From the NCBI RefSeq assembly GCF_051903065.1, contig NZ_CP178439.1: a DNA stretch of 64,000 nucleotides, one strand, 5' to 3'. The translations under genes were made by a program, and so were the position numbers. The stretch comes from Escherichia coli. GTDB taxonomy: Bacteria; Pseudomonadota; Gammaproteobacteria; Enterobacterales; Enterobacteriaceae. Of the stretch, positions 53,358 through 64,000 are shown one piece after another; the first letter of the stretch is position 1; the number at the start of each line of letters is the position of its first letter. The notes under the pieces were generated by a model that worked only from the letters and a program-made list of their open reading frames with translations, was not told where the DNA came from and made no database searches.

Positions 53358-54414
53358 GGCTTTGTTGAATAAATCGAACTTTTGCTGAGTTGAAGGATCA
53401 GATCACGTATCTTCCCGACAACGCAGACCGTTCCGTGGCAAAGCAAAAGTTCAAAATCACCAACTGGCCCACCTACAATAAAGCCCTCATCAACCGTGGC
53501 TCCATAACTTTCTGGCTGGATGATGAAGCTATTCAGGCCTGGTATGAGTCAGCAACACCTTCTTCACGAGGCAGACCTCAGCGCTATTCTGACCTTGCCA
53601 TCACGACTGTGCTGGTCATTAAACGCGTATTCAGGCTGACCCTGCGCGCTGCGCAGGGCTTTATTGATTCCATTTTTTCTCTGATGAACGTTCCGCTACG
53701 CTGCCCGGATTACAGCTGTGTCAGCAGGCGGGCAAAGTCGGTTAATGTCAGTTTCAAAACGCCCACCCGGGGTGAAATCGCACACCTGGTAATTGATTCC
53801 ACCGGGCTGAAGGTCTTCGGTGAAGGCGAGTGGAAAGTCAAAAAGCATGGCCAGGAACGCCGCCGTATCTGGCGTAAGCTGCATCTCGCCGTTGACAGTA
53901 AAACACATGAAATCATCTGCGCTGACCTGTCGCTGAACAACGTTACGGACTCAGAGGCCTTCCCCGGGTTAATCCGGCAAACCCACCGGAAAATCAGGTC
54001 AGCCGCCGCCGATGGCGCTTACGATACCCGGCTATGTCACGATGAACTGCGGCGTAAGAAAATCAGCGCGCTTATCCCTCCCCGAAAAGGTGCGGGTTAC
54101 TGGCCCGGTGAATATGCAGACCGTAACCGTGCAGTGGCTAATCAGCGAATGACCGGGAGTAATGCGCGGTGGAAATGGACAACAGATTACAACCGTCGCT
54201 CGATAGCGGAAACGGCGATGTACCGGGTAAAACAGCTGTTCGGGGGTTCACTGACACTGCGTGACTACGATGGTCAGGTTGCAGAGGCTATGGCCCTGGT
54301 ACGAGCGCTGAACAAAATGACGAAAGCAGGTATGCCTGAAAGCGTGCGTATTGCCTGAAAACACAACCCGCTACGGGGGAGACTTACCCGAAATCTGATT
54401 TATTCAACAAAGCC
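53358..54414 (+). mobile_element. IS903-like insertion sequence (IS5 family), complete, 1057 bp
   Basis: 18-bp inverted repeats GGCTTTGTTGAATAAATC at 53358 and GATTTATTCAACAAAGCC ending 54414; perfect 9-bp direct repeat ACGTATCTC at 53349-53357 and 54415-54423. Confidence 0.9.
53435..54358 (+). CDS. tnpA: IS903 transposase
   Basis: VAKQKFKITNWPTYNKALINRGSITFWLDDEAIQAWY matches the IS903/IS102 transposase as I remember it; GTG start gives 307 aa. Confidence 0.85.
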   Translation: MAKQKFKITNWPTYNKALINRGSITFWLDDEAIQAWYESATPSSRGRPQRYSDLAITTVLVIKRVFRLTLRAAQGFIDSIFSLMNVPLRCPDYSCVSRRAKSVNVSFKTPTRGEIAHLVIDSTGLKVFGEGEWKVKKHGQERRRIWRKLHLAVDSKTHEIICADLSLNNVTDSEAFPGLIRQTHRKIRSAAADGAYDTRLCHDELRRKKISALIPPRKGAGYWPGEYADRNRAVANQRMTGSNARWKWTTDYNRRSIAETAMYRVKQLFGGSLTLRDYDGQVAEAMALVRALNKMTKAGMPESVRIA

Positions 54415-54680
54415 ACGTATCTCTCGAAAGTAATGACCGATACAGAGTAACTGATCGCACATTACTAATAACTGAAGCTTTTGACGATTTTCGTAACGCG
54501 TCTCAATGATCCTTTTGCTTCAGTCCAAAAAAGTAACTTTGGTTGGCTGAAGACACTTGTCTATGACAATGTAAAATCTGTCGCTGGCATCTTCTTTTAG
54601 CTTAACCAAATTTTTATCTAACCCAGTGGGGAAGTCGCTTCCCTTCTGGGGCACTTCCTCTCAAATTCGAGGTAGTGTAT

Positions 54681-55637
54681 ATGACACATTCATCTGATGA
54701 TAAAAACTATGTCCGAGCAGTTCTGAGTTATCTTGGCATAGATTTTGATGAGGCGGATATAGTATTAAGTGTTTGCCATTGTCAAAGTGACGAGCTTTCT
54801 TTTACCTGTAATATCAAAGCTATTGAACTCAAGAATGCTGTTGATTTATATGTCGATAGTATCTCTGAGAATGAAATAGAAGCTTTAAACAGAGAATCTT
54901 TAAAATCGCGACTCTGTTACTTTCTTGAGGTGTTTGACGCAGTCTCTGGTCAGTACCTTGAAATTTCAGGAAAACACTTTGCAACTAGTCGTTTTGAATA
55001 TGATGATGTTTGTAGTGAAGTTCTTAGCATGTCTAATGATGTTTCTCAGTCGAAAGGTTATGACCGGGATGAATATAACAGACTGATGCAGGTTGATGGT
55101 CAGGTTATGATTGCCCGTTTTGCTTTGCAACAGTTCTGGGATACTCATTTTATTGGACTAATAACATTTGTATCTGAGTCTATAACATCGAGCCTCTATA
55201 AAGCTTATGAAACTTTTAGTGATATTAGTTTGGCTTGCTATAAACTGAGTGAATATTCTTATTCACGCTCTATCAACAGTGAATTGACCCTTAATATTTC
55301 ACTTAAAGAAAATGACTTCTGTGAGGACCTATCTGATTGCTATATGGAAGATGAGGCTTTACCTTCTGGTAGGGTAATTTCTCGACGCAACAATGACTCC
55401 ATAATAAGTATTTATGAGAGCTATGCTGCGGCTTCTTATATTCCGATGATTGCATCTTTGGAAGTCGTTGATGAATACGGCGAAGTGGTTACTGACCTCT
55501 GCCATACCGTTTATGTTTCAGAGTTAACCGGTGGGCGGATTAAAATCCACGACCGTAATGACTTAGTATCTGAAGTTTTCGATAACCTAAGAAATTTAAA
55601 TCTTGCAGTTGGAGATTCAGTTTCACAAGCTGCTTGA
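54681..55637 (+). CDS. Hypothetical protein, intact paralogue of the IS903-disrupted gene
   Basis: About 318 aa; aligns along its length with the 52505 product; same upstream context GAGGTAGTGTA(A/T)ATG. Confidence 0.6.
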   Translation: MTHSSDDKNYVRAVLSYLGIDFDEADIVLSVCHCQSDELSFTCNIKAIELKNAVDLYVDSISENEIEALNRESLKSRLCYFLEVFDAVSGQYLEISGKHFATSRFEYDDVCSEVLSMSNDVSQSKGYDRDEYNRLMQVDGQVMIARFALQQFWDTHFIGLITFVSESITSSLYKAYETFSDISLACYKLSEYSYSRSINSELTLNISLKENDFCEDLSDCYMEDEALPSGRVISRRNNDSIISIYESYAAASYIPMIASLEVVDEYGEVVTDLCHTVYVSELTGGRIKIHDRNDLVSEVFDNLRNLNLAVGDSVSQAA

Positions 55638-55900
55638 TTCTTTCCCTGATTTTGATTTTTTCTCACATACTCTTATGGCACGGTTTCCGTGCCTTTTTTT
55701 TGCCTCGCTTACAAGCGTCTACTCCTCTTCTACCTATCCCACCTTACATCACCACTTAAAATCTATCTTTCTAATTCCATTATCCTTTTCGTAGCCTCTA
55801 ATGCTCTGGTATGAACATACTCTTTAAACTCAAAAAAGTGCTATTAACGAAAAAAAATCCCTAAAGAGATTTGTATACTGTTCTCAACCAAGGAGAGCTC

Positions 55901-56176
55901 ATGAATGAACTAAAATCCAAAAACGAGAACAGTACCAAAAGCAACTTTCCCCCGGTTGATAATCAGTTTTGCTTTTACCATGTTGATTTCAGCATAGAAC
56001 GACTACTTTCTACGGCCGAGGATCTCCAGCTTGAGTACATCTTCCAGAAACCTGGAAGTGAAGTAAGAAAGGATTTGGTTGAGCGATTCGAACGTGGAGA
56101 GCGCTTTGTTACAGCTTCACACTGTGACAATTTCTGTGAAATCCTTGGTTGTCAAGGCCATCAGGAAAATGCATAA
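55901..56176 (+). CDS. Hypothetical small protein
   Basis: About 91 aa from the ATG after RBS AAGGAGAG (track ORF 55871). Confidence 0.45.
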   Translation: MNELKSKNENSTKSNFPPVDNQFCFYHVDFSIERLLSTAEDLQLEYIFQKPGSEVRKDLVERFERGERFVTASHCDNFCEILGCQGHQENA

Positions 56177-56220
56177 ACCCATAAACCTACATTTCCACTT
56201 TTAAGGATGTTCACTAAAGA

Positions 56221-56811
56221 ATGATTGGAGAAAGTATTTTTGACTGGGTAATTTACGGAATATCCATTTTGATATTTGCCTCAGCACTAATTGAAGGAAA
56301 GACAACTCGCTACCCAGCACTTTTTTTCTATGGGAGTTTAATTTTAATGTTAATCCTGATAGTTGCTGGAGGCCTTAACTGGTGGTTCTACAGGTCAAAA
56401 TATGGCGCAGTAATCGTTATCTTCACAGTGGTTTCTTTACTGATGACTCGATTCCGCCTGGTCATATATAAATTAAGATTAAGAAAGTTAGTTTCAGAGA
56501 TCAGATTTCGTATAAAAACGGGTTTTCGTATAATTCTTGTTTTGTCGGATAATGAGGATGAGCGTAATGTTCTGCTGTCTATGCTTAGCAACGTATTGCC
56601 AGAGCAAACGCTTATTCACACGCGTGATGCTCTCGGACCTCATTCAGGGCCTATCCTAAAAGCTCTTGAGCTACATCATCAACAGGGAACAGGTTACATA
56701 CTCGTCTGTGAACAACAAATCTCAGCGCGTACGTGGTTGAGTATCGTAGAAAATGGGAAACCTGATACATCTATAGCTGTTAATTTTCATTCGATCCCAG
56801 AAATGGAGTGA
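56221..56811 (+). CDS. Hypothetical membrane protein (three predicted N-terminal helices plus soluble domain)
   Basis: 196 aa; hydrophobic segments at residues 10-25, 35-55 and 62-80. Confidence 0.5.
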   Translation: MIGESIFDWVIYGISILIFASALIEGKTTRYPALFFYGSLILMLILIVAGGLNWWFYRSKYGAVIVIFTVVSLLMTRFRLVIYKLRLRKLVSEIRFRIKTGFRIILVLSDNEDERNVLLSMLSNVLPEQTLIHTRDALGPHSGPILKALELHHQQGTGYILVCEQQISARTWLSIVENGKPDTSIAVNFHSIPEME

Positions 56812-56818
56812 TTTTTCA

Positions 56819-57076
56819 ATGAGTAGAACCGTTTCACAAAGTGTCACAGAAGATTGTCTTTTTGATACCCGCACACAAGTCAGATTACAACTAAGTCGAA
56901 GCGTTCATAAAACGCTGGCATCTGCTAAAGAAATTTTACAGGGAAGGGGGGTTGATTCGGTCTCTATTGAAGATCTTGTGCGAGCCTGTCTTGAAGAGAA
57001 CCAGCCAATTGATCTCGCCTCACTTTACCTTGAAAATCTCTTAAAACAGAAAGGTACCAGCATTTGCGATTTTTAG
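56819..57076 (+). CDS. Hypothetical small protein
   Basis: 85-aa ORF 8 bp after the preceding stop. Confidence 0.4.
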   Translation: MSRTVSQSVTEDCLFDTRTQVRLQLSRSVHKTLASAKEILQGRGVDSVSIEDLVRACLEENQPIDLASLYLENLLKQKGTSICDF

Positions 57077-57149
57077 TGTTTTCAAACCTATTAGATAAAA
57101 TGCCGGTTGTGTTTATATAACATCAATAATTTCATGCAACAGGTAAAAC

Positions 57150-57686
57150 ATGAGTACTCAAAAGCAACTTTCCAGAACAACCGGCACTGAACGTATGTTT
57201 AAGGAAGAGCTGGCGTTATCCTTAATTTGTTGGGTTTTCACCAGTCCATTTACCAACTGGACCGATAAAGTCTTCAGTGGTATTGAAGTTCCGTCTGAAG
57301 GACCGTCAACATTACTGGGTGAGGCTGAAAAATTCTTTCGTTTTGTCGTTAATGAAGAAGGCTACGACGCAGGAAGGGCTGCTCTTGGTCTTGACCTATG
57401 TTGTTTTTCACTTCCGTCGTGTTTGTTCCCGGACGCTGCCCTGTCTGAGGAAGAGGTTATGAGTAAGTTAACCGGAGAAGTTATCCATGGGATTCTTCTT
57501 TCCTTACCTGAATTTATTGATATGCCAGAAGTGCTCGCTTACCAGGTCAGGGATGAAATTCTTGCTTTTAACACTCGCTGTGGAGACGGGATCTTTCATG
57601 GTTGGAACACGGCTTCAGAATTGTGGAAGTTTGAAATCTTTCCCCGCACCACCATCATGATGCAGCATACTTCGGCAATACATTAA
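57150..57686 (+). CDS. Hypothetical protein
   Basis: 178-aa ORF. Confidence 0.45.
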   Translation: MSTQKQLSRTTGTERMFKEELALSLICWVFTSPFTNWTDKVFSGIEVPSEGPSTLLGEAEKFFRFVVNEEGYDAGRAALGLDLCCFSLPSCLFPDAALSEEEVMSKLTGEVIHGILLSLPEFIDMPEVLAYQVRDEILAFNTRCGDGIFHGWNTASELWKFEIFPRTTIMMQHTSAIH

Positions 57687-57702
57687 AATTAGGCGGGGCA
57701 GA

Positions 57703-58149
57703 ATGCATAAAAAACTTTTTCTTCTCGAATGGAAACCCTGTCAGAGCCGCGTATGGGCCGGTTGGATGGCCCTGTGGTTGACTATCAGTTTTCTGATGTT
57801 ATCTGCCTTGCTTATGACAGATCATCTCCTGAACAAAGTCATCCTGCCGCCAACATGGTTGTTGATCTGGTTTTCGCCAATGCTGGGGTTTTTGATAAAA
57901 GTTCGCGTCGTCGAAACTCAACATTTCCTGGAGCATGACCTCTGTGTTGCAGGTTTCTCTTTTTACCGCTGGAAGAGGTTAGTTTCTCCCGGGCTTTGGT
58001 CAGTTGACTGTATAAATGGTCGTTTTCGCCTCAATCGGATCACCCAGGTGGGTAAGACTATCCACTATCCATGGCGTCTCCATTATCATCCTTTGTTCAT
58101 GAGCCCTATCGAACATAAATCGCATGCTGTGAAAGCTGTTTCAAAATGA
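57703..58149 (+). CDS. Hypothetical membrane protein
   Basis: 148 aa with two hydrophobic helices. Confidence 0.45.
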   Translation: MHKKLFLLEWKPCQSRVWAGWMALWLTISFLMLSALLMTDHLLNKVILPPTWLLIWFSPMLGFLIKVRVVETQHFLEHDLCVAGFSFYRWKRLVSPGLWSVDCINGRFRLNRITQVGKTIHYPWRLHYHPLFMSPIEHKSHAVKAVSK

Positions 58150-58221
58150 CTTCTTTAGAGGTTTACATGACATTTATGTTCTGCAAGGTCAGCCAGGGCA
58201 GCAAAATTGATTTGAAATAAC

Positions 58222-59202
58222 ATGAGCCTGGAGAAACGTATGAGTTATGACGATTTGCCCTATTTTCGTGACCAGATTCTGGAACGTATCGACTCGCTTA
58301 AGTGTTTTCTTTCGAACACCCCCCCGCTGATGGCAAACCTGATGACTGTCTCCACCGTATCTCGAACAGAAGAGCGACTGAAGCAGGTTAAACCCATCAG
58401 GGTTAGTGTTAAAGACGATGCTTCGGTTGAGGAAATTATTCAGGCACTTACTGACATCTGTGTGGATGACATAGAGTCATTAAGTCATGATTCCACCAAA
58501 GTGACCACTAAATACCCGGGTCTTATCATTGTCCCAGAAAGAGCAGATCTTCTCGAAAGCTTGATCACATCTATAAATGAAGCAAAAAATGATTTTGCTG
58601 CGGCAATGAGGCGTATCGATAATAAAAAGAATGTCCGTTTTGATAAAGTGCACAAGAAGCTCCCGGGCCTTGTCGCTATGCACTCAACAAGAAATGTCCT
58701 TTTCATCAAGTCCCAGCTTAAAAAAGTTACTTTTTCATGGCGGCTAAACCGAAACCAGGAAGTTAAAACAGCAGAGCAACTTGTGAGTTTGTTGGAGCGC
58801 AGGAGAGCCTCAGAAGTAAAAAATGTAGCAACTACCAATTTGAATGTCGTGTCTAATATCGATAAGGCTTTACACCGTCTTGAATTTCACCCACTGAAGC
58901 AGGGCGAATCTTATCGCCTTTGTCGAACTAACTCTTTCCCTGTTCCGATTGCTCACATTTTTGCATTTAGGCCTGAAGGGCAGGAACGAAACGGGAATAA
59001 ATATGCTGAGACTGATTATTCAGTAGTAAAAGCATCCTTGCCCATTTTCGCAGCAGGCAACATACCTCAATTAAAAACGCTCTCTGACTGGGCTCCTGAA
59101 AACAGCCAGGGCCCGTCCAACCAACGGAAGCTGAGCCTGAAATATACAGAACTCGTGCCGGGGGCTGAGCTGGGCATTTTCATTGTCAGCCCCGAAAATT
59201 AA
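58222..59202 (+). CDS. tus: Tus-like replication-terminus-binding protein
   Basis: RFDKVHKKLPGLVAMHSTRNVL aligns with the E. coli Tus segment [21 protein letters not shown] as I remember it; 326 aa against about 309 for Tus. Confidence 0.55.
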   Translation: MSLEKRMSYDDLPYFRDQILERIDSLKCFLSNTPPLMANLMTVSTVSRTEERLKQVKPIRVSVKDDASVEEIIQALTDICVDDIESLSHDSTKVTTKYPGLIIVPERADLLESLITSINEAKNDFAAAMRRIDNKKNVRFDKVHKKLPGLVAMHSTRNVLFIKSQLKKVTFSWRLNRNQEVKTAEQLVSLLERRRASEVKNVATTNLNVVSNIDKALHRLEFHPLKQGESYRLCRTNSFPVPIAHIFAFRPEGQERNGNKYAETDYSVVKASLPIFAAGNIPQLKTLSDWAPENSQGPSNQRKLSLKYTELVPGAELGIFIVSPEN

Positions 59203-59211
59203 GGAACAACA

Positions 59212-60117
59212 ATGCAATGGATTTCCACAGCCAGCCAGAAAATCGATGAGCGTCTCTATCGTGTCTGTGTCTGGGTAAAAAAATATCACGCTGATGCGAT
59301 TAACCGCGTTGTGCTTACCGTTGATCTAAGTAAAGCCCGACATGACCCTGACGAGGACCAGGTAAGAGCAGAGCTGCTGTGCGGCCATTATTTTTTGCTT
59401 CGTAAGGAAAACGCTTCGAACTCTGCGCCTGACGATCAAAAGTTTGCTTTCCTGCCTGACGGGCGCAATCTGTGTTGGCAGACCGCAACCCCGGTGCTTC
59501 AGCATCTCCTGCTCAATAAAAACGTTCCTGAGTCGCTGAGGTTGCTTACGGACTACATACATATGCGTCTGGCCAGGCTGACAATGGTACCAATGTCCGG
59601 AACCATCATGAACGAGGCTCTGCTGGACAGCATCAGCTGGGTTAAGGTGGATTTGACCTACTTCTGGCAGTACGAACAGCTCAGCTCTCATCTGGGACCC
59701 ATCCAGATAACCCACAAGGCACTAGTACGCTTCGGGCATCTGGCAAAGAATGATGAAAACTCCAGTGCCATAAGAATCCTGCGTCAGCGTCTGTCTTCAG
59801 AATTCTTACAAGAATTTCAGATGGCTGAGGATGAGCTAAAGCGCAAACAGTCGTTGATGGGCACCATGGACGTGAAAATGCTGTTTCATGCTCATTACCC
59901 CAGCCAGAAGATGCTGGTGGCTCGATATAAAAATGGTTGGGTAATGGTGGATTGTTTTCTGTTTCATCATACCAAACCTAAGAAAAAAGCAAAAAACAAA
60001 ACTACTGTGGCTAAGCCTCAACTTAAAGAGACTAAAAGAGAAGGGAGTGAAAATGGAACTGGGCATTATGGTGTGCATCGTGTTGTTACTCTCCGTGGCG
60101 GCGGCGTGGATCAGTAA
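59212..60117 (+). CDS. Hypothetical protein
   Basis: 301-aa ORF 10 bp after the tus-like stop; Lys-rich C-terminus. Confidence 0.5.
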   Translation: MQWISTASQKIDERLYRVCVWVKKYHADAINRVVLTVDLSKARHDPDEDQVRAELLCGHYFLLRKENASNSAPDDQKFAFLPDGRNLCWQTATPVLQHLLLNKNVPESLRLLTDYIHMRLARLTMVPMSGTIMNEALLDSISWVKVDLTYFWQYEQLSSHLGPIQITHKALVRFGHLAKNDENSSAIRILRQRLSSEFLQEFQMAEDELKRKQSLMGTMDVKMLFHAHYPSQKMLVARYKNGWVMVDCFLFHHTKPKKKAKNKTTVAKPQLKETKREGSENGTGHYGVHRVVTLRGGGVDQ

Positions 60118-60397
60118 TAAGACAGTTGATTTGCTCGAAAGATTCTATTTCAAGCGTCCGCTGAGCATGGAGTACGCGGCATGGCTACGTGTAATGTGTG
60201 CAGGCTTGTTATTGGTTTTTATTCAGGTTGCTCCACAATTTACACTTCTGTATACCCTTAAACTTGTCACGCTTATTAATCTTGGAATCCAGACAATGAA
60301 ATTAAATGGCGTGTACAAATATAAAAGAACGGGAATTTTGCCTCCGGGAGGGGCACTCTCTAATCTCACCAGACTTAACCCGTTCAAGAAAAAATAA
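60053..60397 (+). CDS. Hypothetical small membrane protein
   Basis: About 114 aa; ATG at 60053 after RBS AAGGGAG; two hydrophobic helices; overlaps the end of the upstream ORF. Confidence 0.4.
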   Translation: MELGIMVCIVLLLSVAAAWISNKTVDLLERFYFKRPLSMEYAAWLRVMCAGLLLVFIQVAPQFTLLYTLKLVTLINLGIQTMKLNGVYKYKRTGILPPGGALSNLTRLNPFKKK

Positions 60398-60400
60398 AGT

Positions 60401-60420
60401 TATGCGCCCGTGAGGGCGCT
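60401..60420. terminator. Hairpin between convergent genes
   Basis: GCGCCCgtgaGGGCGC inverted repeat. Confidence 0.4.
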
Positions 60421-61603
60421 ATTCATCAAAGGCATTTCGCATAAGCTTGATCATTGCTTTTTTACCAGCTTCAATATTACGAATGTAGCGCATAACCATT
60501 TCTTCATTCGACCAGTTCCCCATTTCCATAATCTGTGGTAGCGAGTAACCTTCAATATTTAGCTGTATCGCTCCGCCTACACGAACGCTGTGCCCTGTCC
60601 AGTAACGAGTTTTAGTCTCATTTGGATAAAGCTCATTCCACATCTCTTTAAATGCTCGTAAAAGGGAATTTTTGCTGAGCATACCGGCATCGTCCACAGT
60701 GTCTTCTTCATCTTCATCGTTCAGAAGACTTTGCTTAGCACGATAGGGTAGGTTATGCCTTTTAAGAAGTTCAGATAGCTCATTCCCCTTACTCCGAAGC
60801 TTCCAGCCGGGTGGCATATAGCCTGTATCATGGAAATTTACGGCCTGGAAAAGGAATTCATCCGGATGACTGTGCTGATCCATTTTCACGAGGTTCATCA
60901 ATCTCAAGAGGCAGTTAGTTAACTGACGTGTCAGCCGGTAGGTAAGAAGTGTACTAATGTTCGTTTTTGTACGGTATACCGTCAGGTTAAATTCACCGGT
61001 CATACTATCCAGAGACAGATCTTTCAGACGTATACGTCGAATTTCGGATGAACGGAGCAGTGTTTCAAAGCCTGTCCAGATCAGGCACAGGTCACGAAGT
61101 TTACGAACTGAGTTTGTAGTACTGCGTAACTTTATCAGAGCCTTGAGATCGCCAATAAGAAAGGGAGTTGCCTGTTTAGTCGTCTTTCGCTTCCGGGCTT
61201 CCGATTGTTTTAAGGCTTCCAGCATGTACCATGCTTCAGACGTAATAATCCCGGGCAGGTTAAGCCCTTTTTTATGGATACTATTTAAGGCCTGAAGACA
61301 GCTGTTTATGCTGCTTCGTGACAATTTGCCTTCAAGATGCCCCATAAACGCAAGCAGAGCGTCCTCAGACACGGGGAGCGAACTTACTGGCCAGTCTGTA
61401 TGCAACCGGGCATTCGCCAGATACCATTCGTTCCATACTCGTAGCCAGTGCAGATAGGTTTTAGCAGTGTTGTATCTCAGATGGGAAAAGTAACGGATCA
61501 AGCGTGAAAGCTGTTTATCATGGTTGCCGAACGTTTCCAGCTGCTGATGCAATTCGCTTTCCGAAAACTGTCTGATCACTGATTGATTCTTCATCCTGCT
61601 CAC
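60419..61603 (-). CDS. Tyrosine site-specific recombinase (phage-integrase / Xer-like family)
   Basis: 394 aa; C-terminal catalytic signature LLRSSEIRR (Arg), HSVRVGGA (His-x-x-Arg) and MRYIRN (Tyr). Confidence 0.8.
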   Translation of the reverse strand: MSRMKNQSVIRQFSESELHQQLETFGNHDKQLSRLIRYFSHLRYNTAKTYLHWLRVWNEWYLANARLHTDWPVSSLPVSEDALLAFMGHLEGKLSRSSINSCLQALNSIHKKGLNLPGIITSEAWYMLEALKQSEARKRKTTKQATPFLIGDLKALIKLRSTTNSVRKLRDLCLIWTGFETLLRSSEIRRIRLKDLSLDSMTGEFNLTVYRTKTNISTLLTYRLTRQLTNCLLRLMNLVKMDQHSHPDEFLFQAVNFHDTGYMPPGWKLRSKGNELSELLKRHNLPYRAKQSLLNDEDEEDTVDDAGMLSKNSLLRAFKEMWNELYPNETKTRYWTGHSVRVGGAIQLNIEGYSLPQIMEMGNWSNEEMVMRYIRNIEAGKKAMIKLMRNAFDE

Positions 61604-61764
61604 CGGGATACACTGGTTTTAATTACAGGTCATTTTAGCACTCATGTACCTGGTTATGAACAGGGTGGAAACAACGAAAAAGGTTGTGAAATCGTTAGGC
61701 TTAAGTGAAAAATGATATTAAGATTATCCCTGGCCAGTTGAGGCCTGTCTAAAGAAGGTTGATT

Positions 61765-61977
61765 ATGTCTGACACAAAGCAGTCTTATTTAATGAAATTC
61801 CGTAAGTGTAGTTCGTTCGAAACGCTCGAAAAAGTATTTGAAAGGTTATGTGAAAAAAACTCGGGTGTCGCCTCTCTTGAAATTTCTGGTGCTTATGATC
61901 ATCGTAAAGCCGAACTGACAATGAAAAAGTTATATGACAAAGTTCCTGCGAGTGTGTGGACCTTTGTTCGCGAGTAA
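61765..61977 (+). CDS. hha: Hha/YmoA-family nucleoid-associated modulator
   Basis: KQSYLMKFRKCSSFETLEKVFE...AYDHRKAELTMKKLYDKVPASVW aligns with Hha/YmoA as I remember them; ATG at 61765 after RBS AAGAAGG. Confidence 0.75.
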   Translation: MSDTKQSYLMKFRKCSSFETLEKVFERLCEKNSGVASLEISGAYDHRKAELTMKKLYDKVPASVWTFVRE

Positions 61978-62184
61978 TTATTAATATTGGCACAACAAAA
62001 AGACTGTGCCTGGATTTGAAAATAGTTTATGCCCCTTTCGGGGCTAAAGGCATTGTAATAGCCTGTCTTTTAAAGTTGTTTATTAAGTTCGGAGAAAAAC
62101 TTTAATCATAAGCCAAGCCCACTGCTAAATACATCCGATATTCTCCTTCATTTTATTAGAAGTGATAAAAGTTACTTTACCTAA

Positions 62185-64000
<1,816 letters not shown>

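Larger units (their letters stand above)
52505..54510 (+). pseudogene. Paralogue-family gene split by IS903 about 30 codons before its stop
   Basis: ORF 52505..53368 ends inside the IS903 end; joining across the element restores a C-terminus (SLESNDRYRVTDRTLLITEAFDDFRNASQ) that aligns with the C-terminus of the 54681 paralogue. Confidence 0.7.

Noticed and set aside
53696-53940. Minus-strand ORFs inside the IS903 transposase gene
   Set aside because: Antisense to the transposase.

Overview
AT-rich segment of a large conjugative plasmid with an F-type mating-pair-formation gene set whose content resembles IncHI (R27-like) plasmids; I cannot confirm the plasmid identity without a database search. 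Order of content: a P1/RepFIB-family RepA initiator with downstream iterons; a pilin-traL-traE-traK-(IS1-disrupted small ORF)-traB-orf-DsbC-like-traV-traC operon (named trh below); a ~3.6-kb array of ~249-bp tandem repeats; type I parAB; a divergent operon of a metallophosphoesterase plus three exported proteins; a ParM-like gene truncated by IS5; three small ORFs; a 1434-aa secreted protein; TraF/TraW/TraU/TraN homologues; a UvrD-like helicase; a run of unknown genes including an AAA+ ATPase / vWA-HExxH pair and a TOPRIM primase-like protein; five tandem paralogues (one split by IS903); a Tus-like protein; a tyrosine recombinase; an Hha-like protein; and an IS100-like element running off the window. 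No rRNA, tRNA or CRISPR was seen. The most unusual signal is an 11-bp palindrome, AAAGT-N-ACTTT, present at least 18 times in both coding and intergenic DNA. All calls rest on reading the sequence and remembered protein families; no searches or computations were run.
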